32,000 nucleotides of DNA from Candidatus Saccharimonadota bacterium (lineage in GTDB: Archaea; Nanohalarchaeota; Nanosalinia; Nanosalinales; Nanosalinaceae), in contig CP012986.1 of NCBI GenBank assembly GCA_001761425.1, positions 300,001 through 332,000 on the forward strand. Reading direction: 5' to 3'. Both the position numbers and the translations under genes were made by a program. A model generated the notes under the pieces. That model ran no database searches and was not told the origin of the DNA. It saw only the letters and a list, made by a program, of their open reading frames with translations. Every line of letters begins with the position of its first letter. Positions within the stretch are counted from its first letter, which is position 1. Below are positions 8,319 through 17,908 of this stretch, one piece after another.

Positions 8319-9059
8319 TCAGTTAGGAACGTAGTTTTCGTTCTCCTGAAGGCCTTCCTTGTTTTCAGGCTTTATCTCCAGGTCGCCCATGAACTCTTCC
8401 TGGATCAGTTCGACTTTTTCATCGTTTTCAAGGTGGAGGATGTGTTTGAATTTTTCGATCTTTTCCTCTTTGTCTTTCTGTTCAAGTATTTTTTCGAAAT
8501 TGACTTTTTCCCTGGTCTCCGTTGATACGATATTTCTTATCGAGCCAAGCAGGCTGTCAAGTTTATCGTTGATATCCTGCTCACCCATCTCGAACTGTTG
8601 ATCCATCTCCATCCGTCTTTCCTGACGCTGTTCTCTCTTCTTGTTGACCTCCACTGCGTCGCGCAGAGCATCTTTCAGTTCGCCGATCTGCATACGCCTT
8701 TTCGGCTTCTGTTTCACCGGCATATCCAGGTCAGGACCGACCTTCAGTTCTGTAGTATCTTCTTCCCAAGCCTCTTCCTCCATCACGGCCTCGTCCTCGA
8801 AATCCATAGGATTCTCCTCATTCTTTTCCTCTTCCTGGTAGTAGATGGCCCGGGCCTTCAGCTTCAGAAGCTCAGCGCATACACGTATAGCCTTCGCGGG
8901 AACAGAAAGCTCGTACTCCTGCAGTTCGGAAAGATAACTCCTGTAACGATCCGCCAGCAAGGCGATATCAATATCCTGAGCCGGCATATCCGATGTCAAA
9001 AAATCTAGAGTTTCTTCCCAGGGCTGCTCCGCCAACACCTCAATATCATGCTCTTCCAT
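8319..9059 (-). CDS. scpA: segregation and condensation protein A (ScpA, kleisin)
   Basis: 246 aa. The N-terminal kleisin-like region is DIDIALLADRYRSYLSEL...VPAKAIRVCAELLKLKARAI, followed by an acidic linker and a C-terminal helical domain. It clusters with smc and scpB. Confidence 0.7.
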   Translation of the reverse strand: MEEHDIEVLAEQPWEETLDFLTSDMPAQDIDIALLADRYRSYLSELQEYELSVPAKAIRVCAELLKLKARAIYYQEEEKNEENPMDFEDEAVMEEEAWEEDTTELKVGPDLDMPVKQKPKRRMQIGELKDALRDAVEVNKKREQRQERRMEMDQQFEMGEQDINDKLDSLLGSIRNIVSTETREKVNFEKILEQKDKEEKIEKFKHILHLENDEKVELIQEEFMGDLEIKPENKEGLQENENYVPN

Positions 9060-9197
9060 TATAGATCATTCACTGAATCCCCCACTCACTGACCCCTTAC
9101 ACCAGAAAATAGGCCTCACAGCCTTTTAACTTTACGCCATACACCGGTATAACAAACTCAGATAGAGATTTAACATTGGAAAAAGAGGCCTGAAAAC

Positions 9198-9707
9198 ATG
9201 GAAGTCAAAATCTTCATGGCACAGACGGTCAACGGAAAAATCGCCCGAGAAACCGGCGAAGAAGACTTCCTCTCGCCCAGGAACTGGCAGGAATTCAAAA
9301 AAATCGCGGAAAAAACAGGGGCCTTCACAGTCGGAAGAAAAACCTTTCAGGCAGTCAAAGAATGGGAGGACAAAGGATTCAAGGATATCAACGCGGAATG
9401 CATAGTCCTGTCACAGAAGGAAGGCCTGGAAGTTGGAGAAGGATTTATCAAGGTTTCAAGCCCGGAAAAAGCAGTAAAGCTCGCTGAAGAAAAAGGCCTG
9501 GACGCGTTACTTGTTACAGGCGGTGCATCTGTCAACTCATCTTTCATGGAAAAGAAAATGGTCGATGAACTGATTTTGGATATCGAACCCTATGTTCTCG
9601 GCGAAGGCCTTGATCTCTTCGCTCGAAGAAGCTTTGAGGGAGAACTGGGGCTTGAAGAGGTCAGAAAACTGGAAGAAGGTATAGTCCAGCTGCGTTATAG
9701 GCTTTAG
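9198..9707 (+). CDS. RibD C-terminal / dihydrofolate-reductase-like reductase domain protein
   Basis: The pattern KIFMAQTVNGKIA...FTVGRKTF...LLVTGGASVNSSFMEKKMVDELILDIEPYVLGEGLDLF matches the RibD_C (bifunctional deaminase-reductase C-terminal) fold. Confidence 0.65.
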   Translation: MEVKIFMAQTVNGKIARETGEEDFLSPRNWQEFKKIAEKTGAFTVGRKTFQAVKEWEDKGFKDINAECIVLSQKEGLEVGEGFIKVSSPEKAVKLAEEKGLDALLVTGGASVNSSFMEKKMVDELILDIEPYVLGEGLDLFARRSFEGELGLEEVRKLEEGIVQLRYRL

Positions 9708-9713
9708 GCCTTT

Positions 9714-12251
9714 TTATTCATCTAGTTCTATGCTGCGGACTTTTGATACTCCGTCTCTCATGGATACGCCGTAGGCTCTTTCTGCGTGCCTTACTGTGAT
9801 GTCGTTGTGGGATATTACGATGAACTGGTTGCCTTCAGCGTATTCTTTCAGGATTTCGCTTAGTTTCTTTGAGTTTGTGGTGTCCAGTGCTGCGTCTATT
9901 TCGTCCATGATGTAGAAAGGACTTTCCTCGTATTCGAGGATGGCGAAGACGAATGCGATCGCTGTCATTGTTTTTTCTCCGCCTGAAAGCGCTGTTATTA
10001 TGTGAGGGTCTTTGTTCGGCGGTGCTGCTCTGATTTTAAGGCCTTTGTTGATGTCGTCGTCTTCTAGGACTAGTTTTCCTGTTCCTCCGCCGAACAGTTT
10101 TTCGAATATTTCCGTGAAGCTGTTCTGAAGCTGTTTAAGCGTCTTCATGAACCTCTCTCGTTTCTCCTGTTCGATCTCCTGGATCATGTCTTCTATCTCC
10201 AGTTTTTCCTGTCTGATCTCGGATACCTGTTCCTTGAATTCGTCGTATTCTTCTTTTTTCTCCTTGTATTCTTCTATTGCACGCATGTTAACCGGGCCCA
10301 TGGAGTTTTGCTTCTTGACGATCTTTCTCTTCTTGGTCTTCAGTTCCTCCGGTGAGGAGTCAAGGCCTGTTAGCTCGTCTTCATCGAAATCGTATTCGGA
10401 TTGATCTTCTTTAACATTGTCAAGCTCAGCTTTCAGGTTGGCTTTTTTGCTTCCGACCTGATCTATCTTGGATTTGAACTTCTGTTTCTCGCTGTAAAGT
10501 TCCTGGTGCTCATCTCTCATGTCCTGGAGTTTTTCACGAATCTGTTTCTTTTCCTCTCTCAGTTCTTCGTCAGTTTCCTGTTCCTCCTCTTTTCTCTCCT
10601 TCATCTGTTTCAGTTCTGCGATGTCTTTCTGCAGATCTTCGATCTTGTCCTCAACCTCCTCTTTCTCCTTTTTCTTCGCTTCAGGGTCGAGGCTTTTCGA
10701 GAGGCTTTTACTGGAGTTGCCTTTCCTTTTCTTCTTTTTACCTCCGCTCATGGCGCCTCCACGACTCATAACATCTCCGTCCAGAGTCACAACCCGGACC
10801 CCGTCAATATCCTTTACGGAATCAAGATCCTCTGCTATAAGAGTGTCGCTGAAAACGTAACGGATCGCTTTATCAAACTTGGAATTGTTGTCCACAAGCT
10901 CTGAGGCAAAACCGATCACTCCTTTCTTTTTCTTCGCCATCTTCGACTTCGCACTTTTTGACCGGTCCTTAATCTTGTCCATAGGCAGCATTCTTGCTCG
11001 GCCGATGCTCTCACGCTTCAGGTAGTTGATCGCATCTGTAGCAGTGTTCCTGTCCTCTACAACTACATCGTCCATATGGCCTCCGGCAGCGGTCTCAATC
11101 GCTACGGCGAACCGTTCATCGACAGAGATCAAATCCTCGAATGCACCATGTATCCTGTCGTTATCAAGGCCTAGAACCGCTTTAACAGCTCGCTTCTTGT
11201 TCCCGCCTCCACGGGACTTCATCTTTTTCAGTTCTCCGATAGTCTCTTCCAGATCCTCTATCTTATCCCGCTTGTTCTCAATCTTTCCCTTCTTCTTCTC
11301 AATCCTGTTTTCCAGATGCTGGATATCACTTCCGCCCTGAGACTGTTTATCCTCTATCTCCTCGATACGATCCTGCTTCTCATCAATCCTCTCATTGATC
11401 TCCTCAAGCTCCTCTTCAAGCTCCTCGATCCTTTCACGTTTCTCCGAAGTATCAGTATTGATATTCGCAAGCTGGTTGGAAAGCGCACGCTTCCTGACCT
11501 CCAGAATAGAGGCCTCAAGCTTCTCCTTTCTCTCCTCTAGCTCCCGGTATTTCAGTGCGAGTTCTTTCTGCTCTTTCAGCTTGTCGACCTGTTCTTTCTT
11601 TTCGTTAAGTATAATTTCCTGTTCCTGTAACTTTTCCTCGACCTCTTCAAGCTCTTCTTCAGCTTCCTCCTTTTTCTCATCGAACTCTGCAACGCCTGAA
11701 AGCTCATCGATTACTTTCCTACGCTCCACATCGCTCTGTTCCACGATCTCTGTAACTTTCCCCTGACGTACAAAGTGGTATCCACCCGGATCAATGTTTG
11801 CCTTTCTCGCAATATCATCTATCTTCGAGGCCTTGCAGTTCGAACCCTGGAACTTGTACATCGAGGAACCGGCCTGGGTGATCTTTCGACCGACCTTGAT
11901 CTCGTCTGCCTCTTCCTCTTCTTCCAGAAATTCGTCGAAGACTCCAGAAGTATTGTCGAGACTCACAGTGACTTTTGCATAATCCGCCGGCTTCCTGCTC
12001 TCTCCACCGTTAAAGATCAGTTGCTGCATCTTCTCTGCACGGAGCTTTGAACTTCTGCGTCCGAAAACAAAACTCATCGCGTCAAGAACATTTGACTTAC
12101 CTGAACCGTTTTCCCCGACTATCGCTGTAAGGCCTTCGTAGAAAGGTACTGCGGTCTGTCTCTGAAAACTCTTGAAACCTTTAGATGTGACCTTGTTGAT
12201 CTTCGTCCCTGCTTCCTGACCTGTTTTCTGCTCTGTCTCTTGCTCGGTCAT
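9714..12251 (-). CDS. smc: SMC chromosome segregation ATPase, unusually short (845 aa from ATG 12251)
   Basis: Walker A is in KGFKSFQRQTAVPFYEGLTAIVGENGSGKSNVLDA. The hinge is IHGAFEDLISVDERFAVAIETAAGG...VVTLDGDVMSRGGAMSGG. Signature and Walker B are LSGGEKTMTAIAFVFAIL...FYIMDEIDAALD. The ORF-track start at 12308 adds 19 hydrophobic residues and is less likely. Confidence 0.85.
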   Translation of the reverse strand: MTEQETEQKTGQEAGTKINKVTSKGFKSFQRQTAVPFYEGLTAIVGENGSGKSNVLDAMSFVFGRRSSKLRAEKMQQLIFNGGESRKPADYAKVTVSLDNTSGVFDEFLEEEEEADEIKVGRKITQAGSSMYKFQGSNCKASKIDDIARKANIDPGGYHFVRQGKVTEIVEQSDVERRKVIDELSGVAEFDEKKEEAEEELEEVEEKLQEQEIILNEKKEQVDKLKEQKELALKYRELEERKEKLEASILEVRKRALSNQLANINTDTSEKRERIEELEEELEEINERIDEKQDRIEEIEDKQSQGGSDIQHLENRIEKKKGKIENKRDKIEDLEETIGELKKMKSRGGGNKKRAVKAVLGLDNDRIHGAFEDLISVDERFAVAIETAAGGHMDDVVVEDRNTATDAINYLKRESIGRARMLPMDKIKDRSKSAKSKMAKKKKGVIGFASELVDNNSKFDKAIRYVFSDTLIAEDLDSVKDIDGVRVVTLDGDVMSRGGAMSGGKKKKRKGNSSKSLSKSLDPEAKKKEKEEVEDKIEDLQKDIAELKQMKERKEEEQETDEELREEKKQIREKLQDMRDEHQELYSEKQKFKSKIDQVGSKKANLKAELDNVKEDQSEYDFDEDELTGLDSSPEELKTKKRKIVKKQNSMGPVNMRAIEEYKEKKEEYDEFKEQVSEIRQEKLEIEDMIQEIEQEKRERFMKTLKQLQNSFTEIFEKLFGGGTGKLVLEDDDINKGLKIRAAPPNKDPHIITALSGGEKTMTAIAFVFAILEYEESPFYIMDEIDAALDTTNSKKLSEILKEYAEGNQFIVISHNDITVRHAERAYGVSMRDGVSKVRSIELDE

Positions 12252-12329
12252 TACTAATTGAAATGTGTATCTACAGGTTAAAAAAGAAGGTGAAGAAAAA
12301 CATAACAAAGGCTCTTAGAAGGTGTATTT

Positions 12330-12890
12330 ATGCAGAAAGCGTTTATATTCCACGGAACCGGTGCAGGACAGTACGACCACTGGTTCCCTGATATCAAACA
12401 GAAGTTAGAGGAGGAAGGGATAGAGGTCGCGGTACCTGAATTCCCGACGCCGAAAGCCCAGAACCTGAACAACTGGCTCCAGGTACTGGAACACGAAGGC
12501 CTTCAAATAGATGAAGAAACGGTCCTGATCGGACACAGCACCGGCGCAGTATTCATACTTAATGTTCTGGAGAGATTAGACTTCGAGATAAAGGCCGTGT
12601 TTCTGATCTCTGGATTCACAGGCCCTCTCAACGACGAAAGATTTGATCCGCTTAACAAAACCTTCGCAGAACGAGAGTTCGATTTCGAAAGTATAAAGGC
12701 CTCCGCAGCAGAGATCTATGTCTTTCATTCAGGTTCAGATCCCTATGTTCCTCTGGAAAAAGCTGGAGAACTTGTAGAAGATCTTGACGCTAACTTCGAA
12801 CTTGTCGCGAACGCAGGACACTTCAACACTGAGTCAGGGTATATAGAGTTCCCTGAGCTGTGGAAAAAACTGCAGAAGTATCTGGAATAG
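12330..12890 (+). CDS. alpha/beta serine hydrolase, YdeN/RBBP9-like
   Basis: 186 aa. It has FIFHGTGAG, the nucleophile elbow GHSTG, and HSGSDPYVP...AGHFN, consistent with a Ser-Asp-His triad in the Ser_hydrolase family. Confidence 0.6.
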   Translation: MQKAFIFHGTGAGQYDHWFPDIKQKLEEEGIEVAVPEFPTPKAQNLNNWLQVLEHEGLQIDEETVLIGHSTGAVFILNVLERLDFEIKAVFLISGFTGPLNDERFDPLNKTFAEREFDFESIKASAAEIYVFHSGSDPYVPLEKAGELVEDLDANFELVANAGHFNTESGYIEFPELWKKLQKYLE

Positions 12891-12906
12891 AAAAATAAGA
12901 TATATG

Positions 12907-12924
12907 AGGCCTTTTCCAAGGCCT
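12907..12924. terminator. AGGCCT-tttcca-AGGCCT hairpin flanked by T runs, between convergent genes
   Basis: Two AGGCCT copies (12907-12912 and 12919-12924) can form a 6-bp stem. It sits between the stops of the hydrolase (12890) and aspS (12930). T-rich runs flank it on both strands. Confidence 0.45.
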
Positions 12925-12929
12925 TTCTT

Positions 12930-14240
12930 TTATGGTTCGAGTCTGTCTGGGTCTCTTGGGAATAGGATTGCTTCTTTGATGTTGTCCAGTTCTGCGATTT
13001 TCTGGATCATCCTGTCGATTCCCAGGCCGTATCCTCCGTGTGGAGGCATTCCGAACTTGAATGCTTCAAGGTAGAACTGGAAGTTGGATTTGTCTACTTC
13101 CTGTTTTTCCATCCATTTTTCTAGTGTCTCAAGATCGTGCTGTCTCTGTCCTCCGCTTGAGAGTTCCTGGCCTTTGTAGATCAGGTCGAATTTTCTGCTT
13201 GCTACTTCGTCGTCTTCTACTTGTTGCATGTAGTAGAATTTTTCGCCTGGGTAACCGACTACGAAGAACGCAGGATGGCCTTTTTCCTCGAAGTATTCTC
13301 CGAGAAGTTTCTCTCCCTTGGTGTCGAGGTCGCCTTCGTCGTCCGGTATATGGTTGAACTCTTCTTCCAGGATTTCCAGTGCTCTGTCGAATTTGATCCT
13401 CGGGAATTCTTCCTCTGGAACTGTCAGATTGACGTCGAGAGTCTCAAGTTCATCAGCAGCTTCCTCCTTAACCTTCTTGAGGGTGTGTCTGAAGCTTTCT
13501 TCCTGGACGTCCATTACGTCGTGGTGGTCTTCGATGAAAGCGAGTTCTACGTCGAACATGTTGATCTCGGAGACGTGTCGGGATGTTGCGAACTCCTCTG
13601 CTCTGAAAGCTGTTCCGGTTTCGTAGACTTTGTCGAATCCGGCTGCCATCAGCATCTGCTTGTAAAGTTGTGGAGACTGGGAGAGAAAGGCCTCTTCATC
13701 GTAGTAGATTACCGGGAAGAGTTCTGCTCCGCCTTCTGCTCCTCCTTTGGAGATCAAAGGTGTATCGATCTCAATGTAGCCATCTTCGTCAAACCAGTTC
13801 TGCATGGCCTCCATCGCTTTGGTTTTCAGTGAGAAGATTGCGTGTATTTCCGGCTTTCTTAGGTCCATGAACCTGTTGTCCAGTCTTGTGGATAGGTCTG
13901 AATCAATATTCTTCGATACATCCATGGGTAAAGGAGTTTCCGCTTCTCCAATTATTTCCAGAGAGGTTGGCTGGATCTCCCTGTCGCCTGGAGCCTGATC
14001 GTTTTCCTCAACTATTCCTTCAACGTGTACAAGATCTTCCTTGCCTACATCCTGGGCTTTATTGAAAAGATCTTCGTCCTCGTCTTCCTTGAAAATTACC
14101 TGGATTTGTCCCTTTCTATCCCGCAGAATCACAAATGTGATACCTCCGAGATCTCTTATCTCATGCGCCCATCCCGCGACAGCGACTTCCTCCCCACTGT
14201 CACTGGATGTGACTTCGTCTGTGTAAGCTCTGTCTAACAT
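12930..14240 (-). CDS. aspS: aspartyl-tRNA synthetase, archaeal type
   Basis: 436 aa. The OB-fold N-terminus is [28 protein letters not shown]. Class II motifs are present: [35 protein letters not shown]. Confidence 0.9.
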   Translation of the reverse strand: MLDRAYTDEVTSSDSGEEVAVAGWAHEIRDLGGITFVILRDRKGQIQVIFKEDEDEDLFNKAQDVGKEDLVHVEGIVEENDQAPGDREIQPTSLEIIGEAETPLPMDVSKNIDSDLSTRLDNRFMDLRKPEIHAIFSLKTKAMEAMQNWFDEDGYIEIDTPLISKGGAEGGAELFPVIYYDEEAFLSQSPQLYKQMLMAAGFDKVYETGTAFRAEEFATSRHVSEINMFDVELAFIEDHHDVMDVQEESFRHTLKKVKEEAADELETLDVNLTVPEEEFPRIKFDRALEILEEEFNHIPDDEGDLDTKGEKLLGEYFEEKGHPAFFVVGYPGEKFYYMQQVEDDEVASRKFDLIYKGQELSSGGQRQHDLETLEKWMEKQEVDKSNFQFYLEAFKFGMPPHGGYGLGIDRMIQKIAELDNIKEAILFPRDPDRLEP

Positions 14241-14336
14241 AAAAGTTTCACAGAGATTACTTCACGAGCCATTTTTTTATGCGCTTCGCGAACACAAAAA
14301 AAGAAAAAGAGAGGGAAAGGCCTCAAGACCAGGATC

Positions 14337-16124
14337 TTAACCTTCTAATGTCACACTGCTTGAGGACCTGGCGGTTTCTTCTCCATCAACTGAGACCACG
14401 ACTTCCACTGAGTAATTCCCGGATTCGAGTTCTGTTTGAGAACTGCTTTCCTCTACCTCTGTCAAGGCCTGAGTGGCGATACCGTCAGGAGAAGAGAGAT
14501 CATAGTTGAATGTTACCTTGTCTCCTTCAACTGAGCTATCGGTCTCAACAGAGAAGCCTCCAGTACTTGCCATGTAGGTTACCTGCGAGGAAATCACAGA
14601 TCCTTCGCCTTTGATCTCCACATCGACTTCTCCGGCTGCAAGGCCTTCACTGTTCTCGCTGTCCGAGCTATCGCCGTTATCTTTCCTATTGTCTTCATCT
14701 CTATCGGATCTGGAGGAGTCCTTACTGTCTTTACCTCCTAAAAGGCTTTCTCTCTGGCTTTTGAACTTTTTGATGGCTTCAAATTTTTCTTCCTGATTCT
14801 CAGCGTTTCTTAACTGTTCGCTCATCTCCTGGCCTGATTCTCTGAGCTTCTGTGCTGTGGCTTTGAAATCTTCTGTTTCACTGCGGTAGGAATCTCTGAC
14901 TTCTTCCCTGCTCAGGCCTTTGAACTGCTTTATAGTTCTTTCTGAGATAGCAGCTGTGGCTTTTGCTCTGGCCTCGAAGAAATCACCTGCTTCAAATGAT
15001 GTTTTCGCCTCTGCAAGAAGATTCACTGATTTCTGGCTGGAATTTTCGTCTACAACGGATTCAGCCTTTGTCAGGGTCTTGTTCGCTGCTTTTTCAAGGC
15101 CTGGATTGTTTTTCAGTGATTTGAGCTTTTCTTCCTGTTTCTGGCTCCATTCAGGCCTTTTGTTGGAGGTCTGTTCAGCTGTTATTTCCTCTGCTTTTCC
15201 TGTCTTTACTTCTACGGTTTTTTCCGTCTCGTTTCTGATTCTGTTGGCGATCTGGTTGCTGAGTTCGGAGTCGCCTACTACTTTGATCTCTGTTACCGAT
15301 TCGCTCTTTGAGGCCTCCAGTGCTTTGCTGATCTCTGCCTCTGAGCTGACCAGAACTTTGTTGCTGTTAGCGCTGGAGGGAATGCTTAAAGATTGCCTGA
15401 AGTTGGCTGCTGCGACTACTGTTAGCTTTGAGCTTTCTCTTTCCTGTTCCTGGTTTTCTGCCTCGTTTTTTACTTCTTCTAGACTGCCTTCGTTGATTTC
15501 GATGTTTTCTGCTCCTGCTGACTCGAGGTTCTGGGTTACGTTGACTGCTGAAGTCGAGTAGACCTCAACTTCCGAAGCTCCGAGCCTTTCTATTTCGGAG
15601 AGTACTGAAGCTGAGACTGTTCCTGGTTTGGAGATCAGTACGGGTTCTTCTTCGTTCTTGACGTTGTTTTTAACTGCTGAAAGCAGTTTGTATCCGTCTT
15701 CTGAGTTCTGGGGGTACTGGACTACTGTTGCTGAGTTGCTTTCCGTCCAGAAGAACTCTGAGATTTCTACTGATGTACCTGTCTGGCTGACTCCCCATAG
15801 ACGTGTGCTGGTTGAGACAGTGGAATCAATCTGTGCCTCGACATTTTCTGAGAGAACTTCTGGTCCTCCGAGGATGATAGCTTTCTCCACGCCGAGGTTT
15901 TCCAGTGCTGTCTCTGTTGAAGATGTCAGGGAGTCTTTTTCAGTAAGCAGAACTGGTGCGCCTATCTGACTGGACGCTGCTGCACCAACCATTGCGTCAG
16001 GATAGTTCGCACTGGATGCGACTATCGCTGTTTCGATATTTCCCTGTGTGTGTTGCGATGCTGAAGTTAAACCGATCAAGGCCACCATGGCCATCAATAG
16101 AACTGTTCTTTTCATACTGTACAA
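14337..16124 (-). CDS. secreted surface protein with three cell-wall-binding-repeat-2 (CWB2)-like modules, a helical linker and a C-terminal beta domain (S-layer/cell-envelope candidate)
   Basis: Signal peptide MKRTVLLMAMVALIGLTSA. CWB2-like repeats are seen: ANYPDAMVGAAASSQIGAPVLLTEKDSL...AIILGGPEVLS and RLWGVSQTGTSVEISEFFW. It is a paralog of the next gene along its whole length. Confidence 0.65.
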   Translation of the reverse strand: MYSMKRTVLLMAMVALIGLTSASQHTQGNIETAIVASSANYPDAMVGAAASSQIGAPVLLTEKDSLTSSTETALENLGVEKAIILGGPEVLSENVEAQIDSTVSTSTRLWGVSQTGTSVEISEFFWTESNSATVVQYPQNSEDGYKLLSAVKNNVKNEEEPVLISKPGTVSASVLSEIERLGASEVEVYSTSAVNVTQNLESAGAENIEINEGSLEEVKNEAENQEQERESSKLTVVAAANFRQSLSIPSSANSNKVLVSSEAEISKALEASKSESVTEIKVVGDSELSNQIANRIRNETEKTVEVKTGKAEEITAEQTSNKRPEWSQKQEEKLKSLKNNPGLEKAANKTLTKAESVVDENSSQKSVNLLAEAKTSFEAGDFFEARAKATAAISERTIKQFKGLSREEVRDSYRSETEDFKATAQKLRESGQEMSEQLRNAENQEEKFEAIKKFKSQRESLLGGKDSKDSSRSDRDEDNRKDNGDSSDSENSEGLAAGEVDVEIKGEGSVISSQVTYMASTGGFSVETDSSVEGDKVTFNYDLSSPDGIATQALTEVEESSSQTELESGNYSVEVVVSVDGEETARSSSSVTLEG

Positions 16125-16184
16125 TATGCAGATGGACCTTAATTAAGATTCCTGCAAAGAAGAGAAAAGGGAAAAATGAGTGTT

Positions 16185-17846
16185 TTAGCCTACCACTTCA
16201 ACGGTCTCGTTCAGCTCGTTGACAGTCTCTCCATCAACTACGATCTCTACATTGACTGTGTAGTTCCCCGTATCCAGGTTCTTGATCGAATCTTCTCCAG
16301 TGACTTCTGTCAAGGCCTGGCCTGAGACCTCATCTGAGGAAGTCACGTTAAAGGTGAAACTGATCTCGCTGTCACGGCCTTCAGTGTAAGAATCTACAGA
16401 GTACCCTGTATTAGACGCTACATAGCTCATAGAAGCATTGATCGAACTATTGGAGGCACTGAGGTTTATCCGCGAATCTCCTGCGTTCAACATTTCTCCA
16501 GTTTCGTTTTCTGCTTCTGTACGGTTTTCGCCAGCTCCATCAGGTCCTTCATCATCCCTGAGGAAGGCCTCGAGACGGGCTTCGGAATGAGCTGTTATTG
16601 CGAGGTTCCGGGCCCTGAAATAGTTCTCTTCTTCTAGTTCTTTTCTAGCTTCTTCAACCAGGTTCTGGACTTCTTCAGATACATTGGAGCTTCCATTGAT
16701 TGTTTCTTCGGCCTCTTCAACTGCGTTTTCGGCAATTTCATCTATCTGAGGACTGTCCGTTTCTGAGATCCATTCAGGAAGTCTTTCCCTCTGAATCATG
16801 CTCCAGACCTCTCTGTTTTCCCCAAGCATCTCTGCTACCGTCTGGACAGGCCTCTCTGCCCGTAATTCAGCTGAGATGTTCGTTGAGTTCTCTATTGCGT
16901 CCGCTACTTGCTGTGAAAGCCCTGGTTCTCCCAGTACTGTGATATTTTCATCCTGTGTACTGTTCAAGGCCTCTACAGCTGTTTCTATCTCGTTTTGACC
17001 TGTTACGAGGACTGTAGGTTCCCTGATGTTTGCCCCGTTAAGGGAATAAGTGAAGTTTGAGGCAGCTACCACGGTTACGTTTTCAGTATCGTTGGTAACG
17101 GTTTCTTCTCTTATCTGTTCTCTGAGTTCGCTTACAGATCCTTCATTTATGTTTGAGTCTGCTCCAAGGTCTTCTAGCTGTTGTGACACGTTAGAGGCGT
17201 TGGAGGTGTTTGTGGAGTATACGTCTACCTGATCTACATCAAGTCTTTCAAGTTCCCTGACGGTTTCTTCAGACAGATTTCCTGGTTCAGATATCAGTAA
17301 AGGTTCTTCGTCTTCGGTGATTGCTGATTTCAGCGATGTAAGTAGTTTGTATCCTTCCTCAGAGTCAACCGGTTGCTGGACAACTGTCGCTTCGCTGTTT
17401 TCCATCCAGAAAAACTCTGATACCTCTGTAGATGTCTCTACCTGTGTCTCTCCCCATAGTCTTGTCGTGGAGTTTTCAGTTATCGAATCAACTTCCGATT
17501 CAACTTCCTCAGAGATCACGGCAGGCCCTCCGATCACGTAGGCCTTTTCCACATCAAGGTTCTCTATGGTATCTCTGGTCTCTTCAGAAAGGTTGTTGCT
17601 TTCCGTCAGCAGGACAGGAATTCCTGTTCTTTCACTTGGCGAAGAACTGATCACTGTATCAGGATAATTCAAAGTGCTGGTAAGCATTACAGTACTGATA
17701 TTTGAAGCACCGGTATCTTGTAACGCGGTAGTATTATTGTATGTGAGATTTCCTGCGGTCTCATTATCTGCTGAGTCGTTAGGTTGTGCCAAAGCAGAGA
17801 AACTGACCGCTAATATAAGGGCCGTCAGTATAGCGATTCTTCTCAT
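16185..17846 (-). CDS. secreted surface protein, paralog of 14337..16124, very rich in N-glycosylation sequons
   Basis: Signal peptide MRRIAILTALILAVSFSALA. Architecture matches the paralog (NYPDTVISSSPSERTGIPVLLTESNNL..., RLWGETQVETSTEVSEFFW, C-terminal ...GNYTVNVEIVVDGETV). I count about 29 N-x-S/T sequons. Confidence 0.65.
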   Translation of the reverse strand: MRRIAILTALILAVSFSALAQPNDSADNETAGNLTYNNTTALQDTGASNISTVMLTSTLNYPDTVISSSPSERTGIPVLLTESNNLSEETRDTIENLDVEKAYVIGGPAVISEEVESEVDSITENSTTRLWGETQVETSTEVSEFFWMENSEATVVQQPVDSEEGYKLLTSLKSAITEDEEPLLISEPGNLSEETVRELERLDVDQVDVYSTNTSNASNVSQQLEDLGADSNINEGSVSELREQIREETVTNDTENVTVVAASNFTYSLNGANIREPTVLVTGQNEIETAVEALNSTQDENITVLGEPGLSQQVADAIENSTNISAELRAERPVQTVAEMLGENREVWSMIQRERLPEWISETDSPQIDEIAENAVEEAEETINGSSNVSEEVQNLVEEARKELEEENYFRARNLAITAHSEARLEAFLRDDEGPDGAGENRTEAENETGEMLNAGDSRINLSASNSSINASMSYVASNTGYSVDSYTEGRDSEISFTFNVTSSDEVSGQALTEVTGEDSIKNLDTGNYTVNVEIVVDGETVNELNETVEVVG

Positions 17847-17876
17847 ACTCTTAGAGTAGGTAGGCCATCCTATTAA

Positions 17877-17884
17877 CCTTTATA
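17877..17884 (+). promoter_or_regulatory. candidate TATA box for dut
   Basis: cctttata is centred about 28 nt upstream of ATG 17909. Confidence 0.4.
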
Positions 17885-17908
17885 GCACCTGAAAACAAGT
17901 TACAAATT

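Noticed and set aside
10147-12050. Cluster of plus-strand ORFs (for example 10401..10904 and 11395..11766) rich in S, F and L
   Set aside because: They mirror the GAA/AAG-rich coiled-coil arms of smc on the opposite strand and have no independent support.
13061-14237. Plus-strand ORFs overlapping aspS, and similar shadow ORFs over nrdA, the surface proteins, glyS and pgk
   Set aside because: All lie inside genes with strong family signatures on the other strand or frame, and their compositions are atypical for this proteome.
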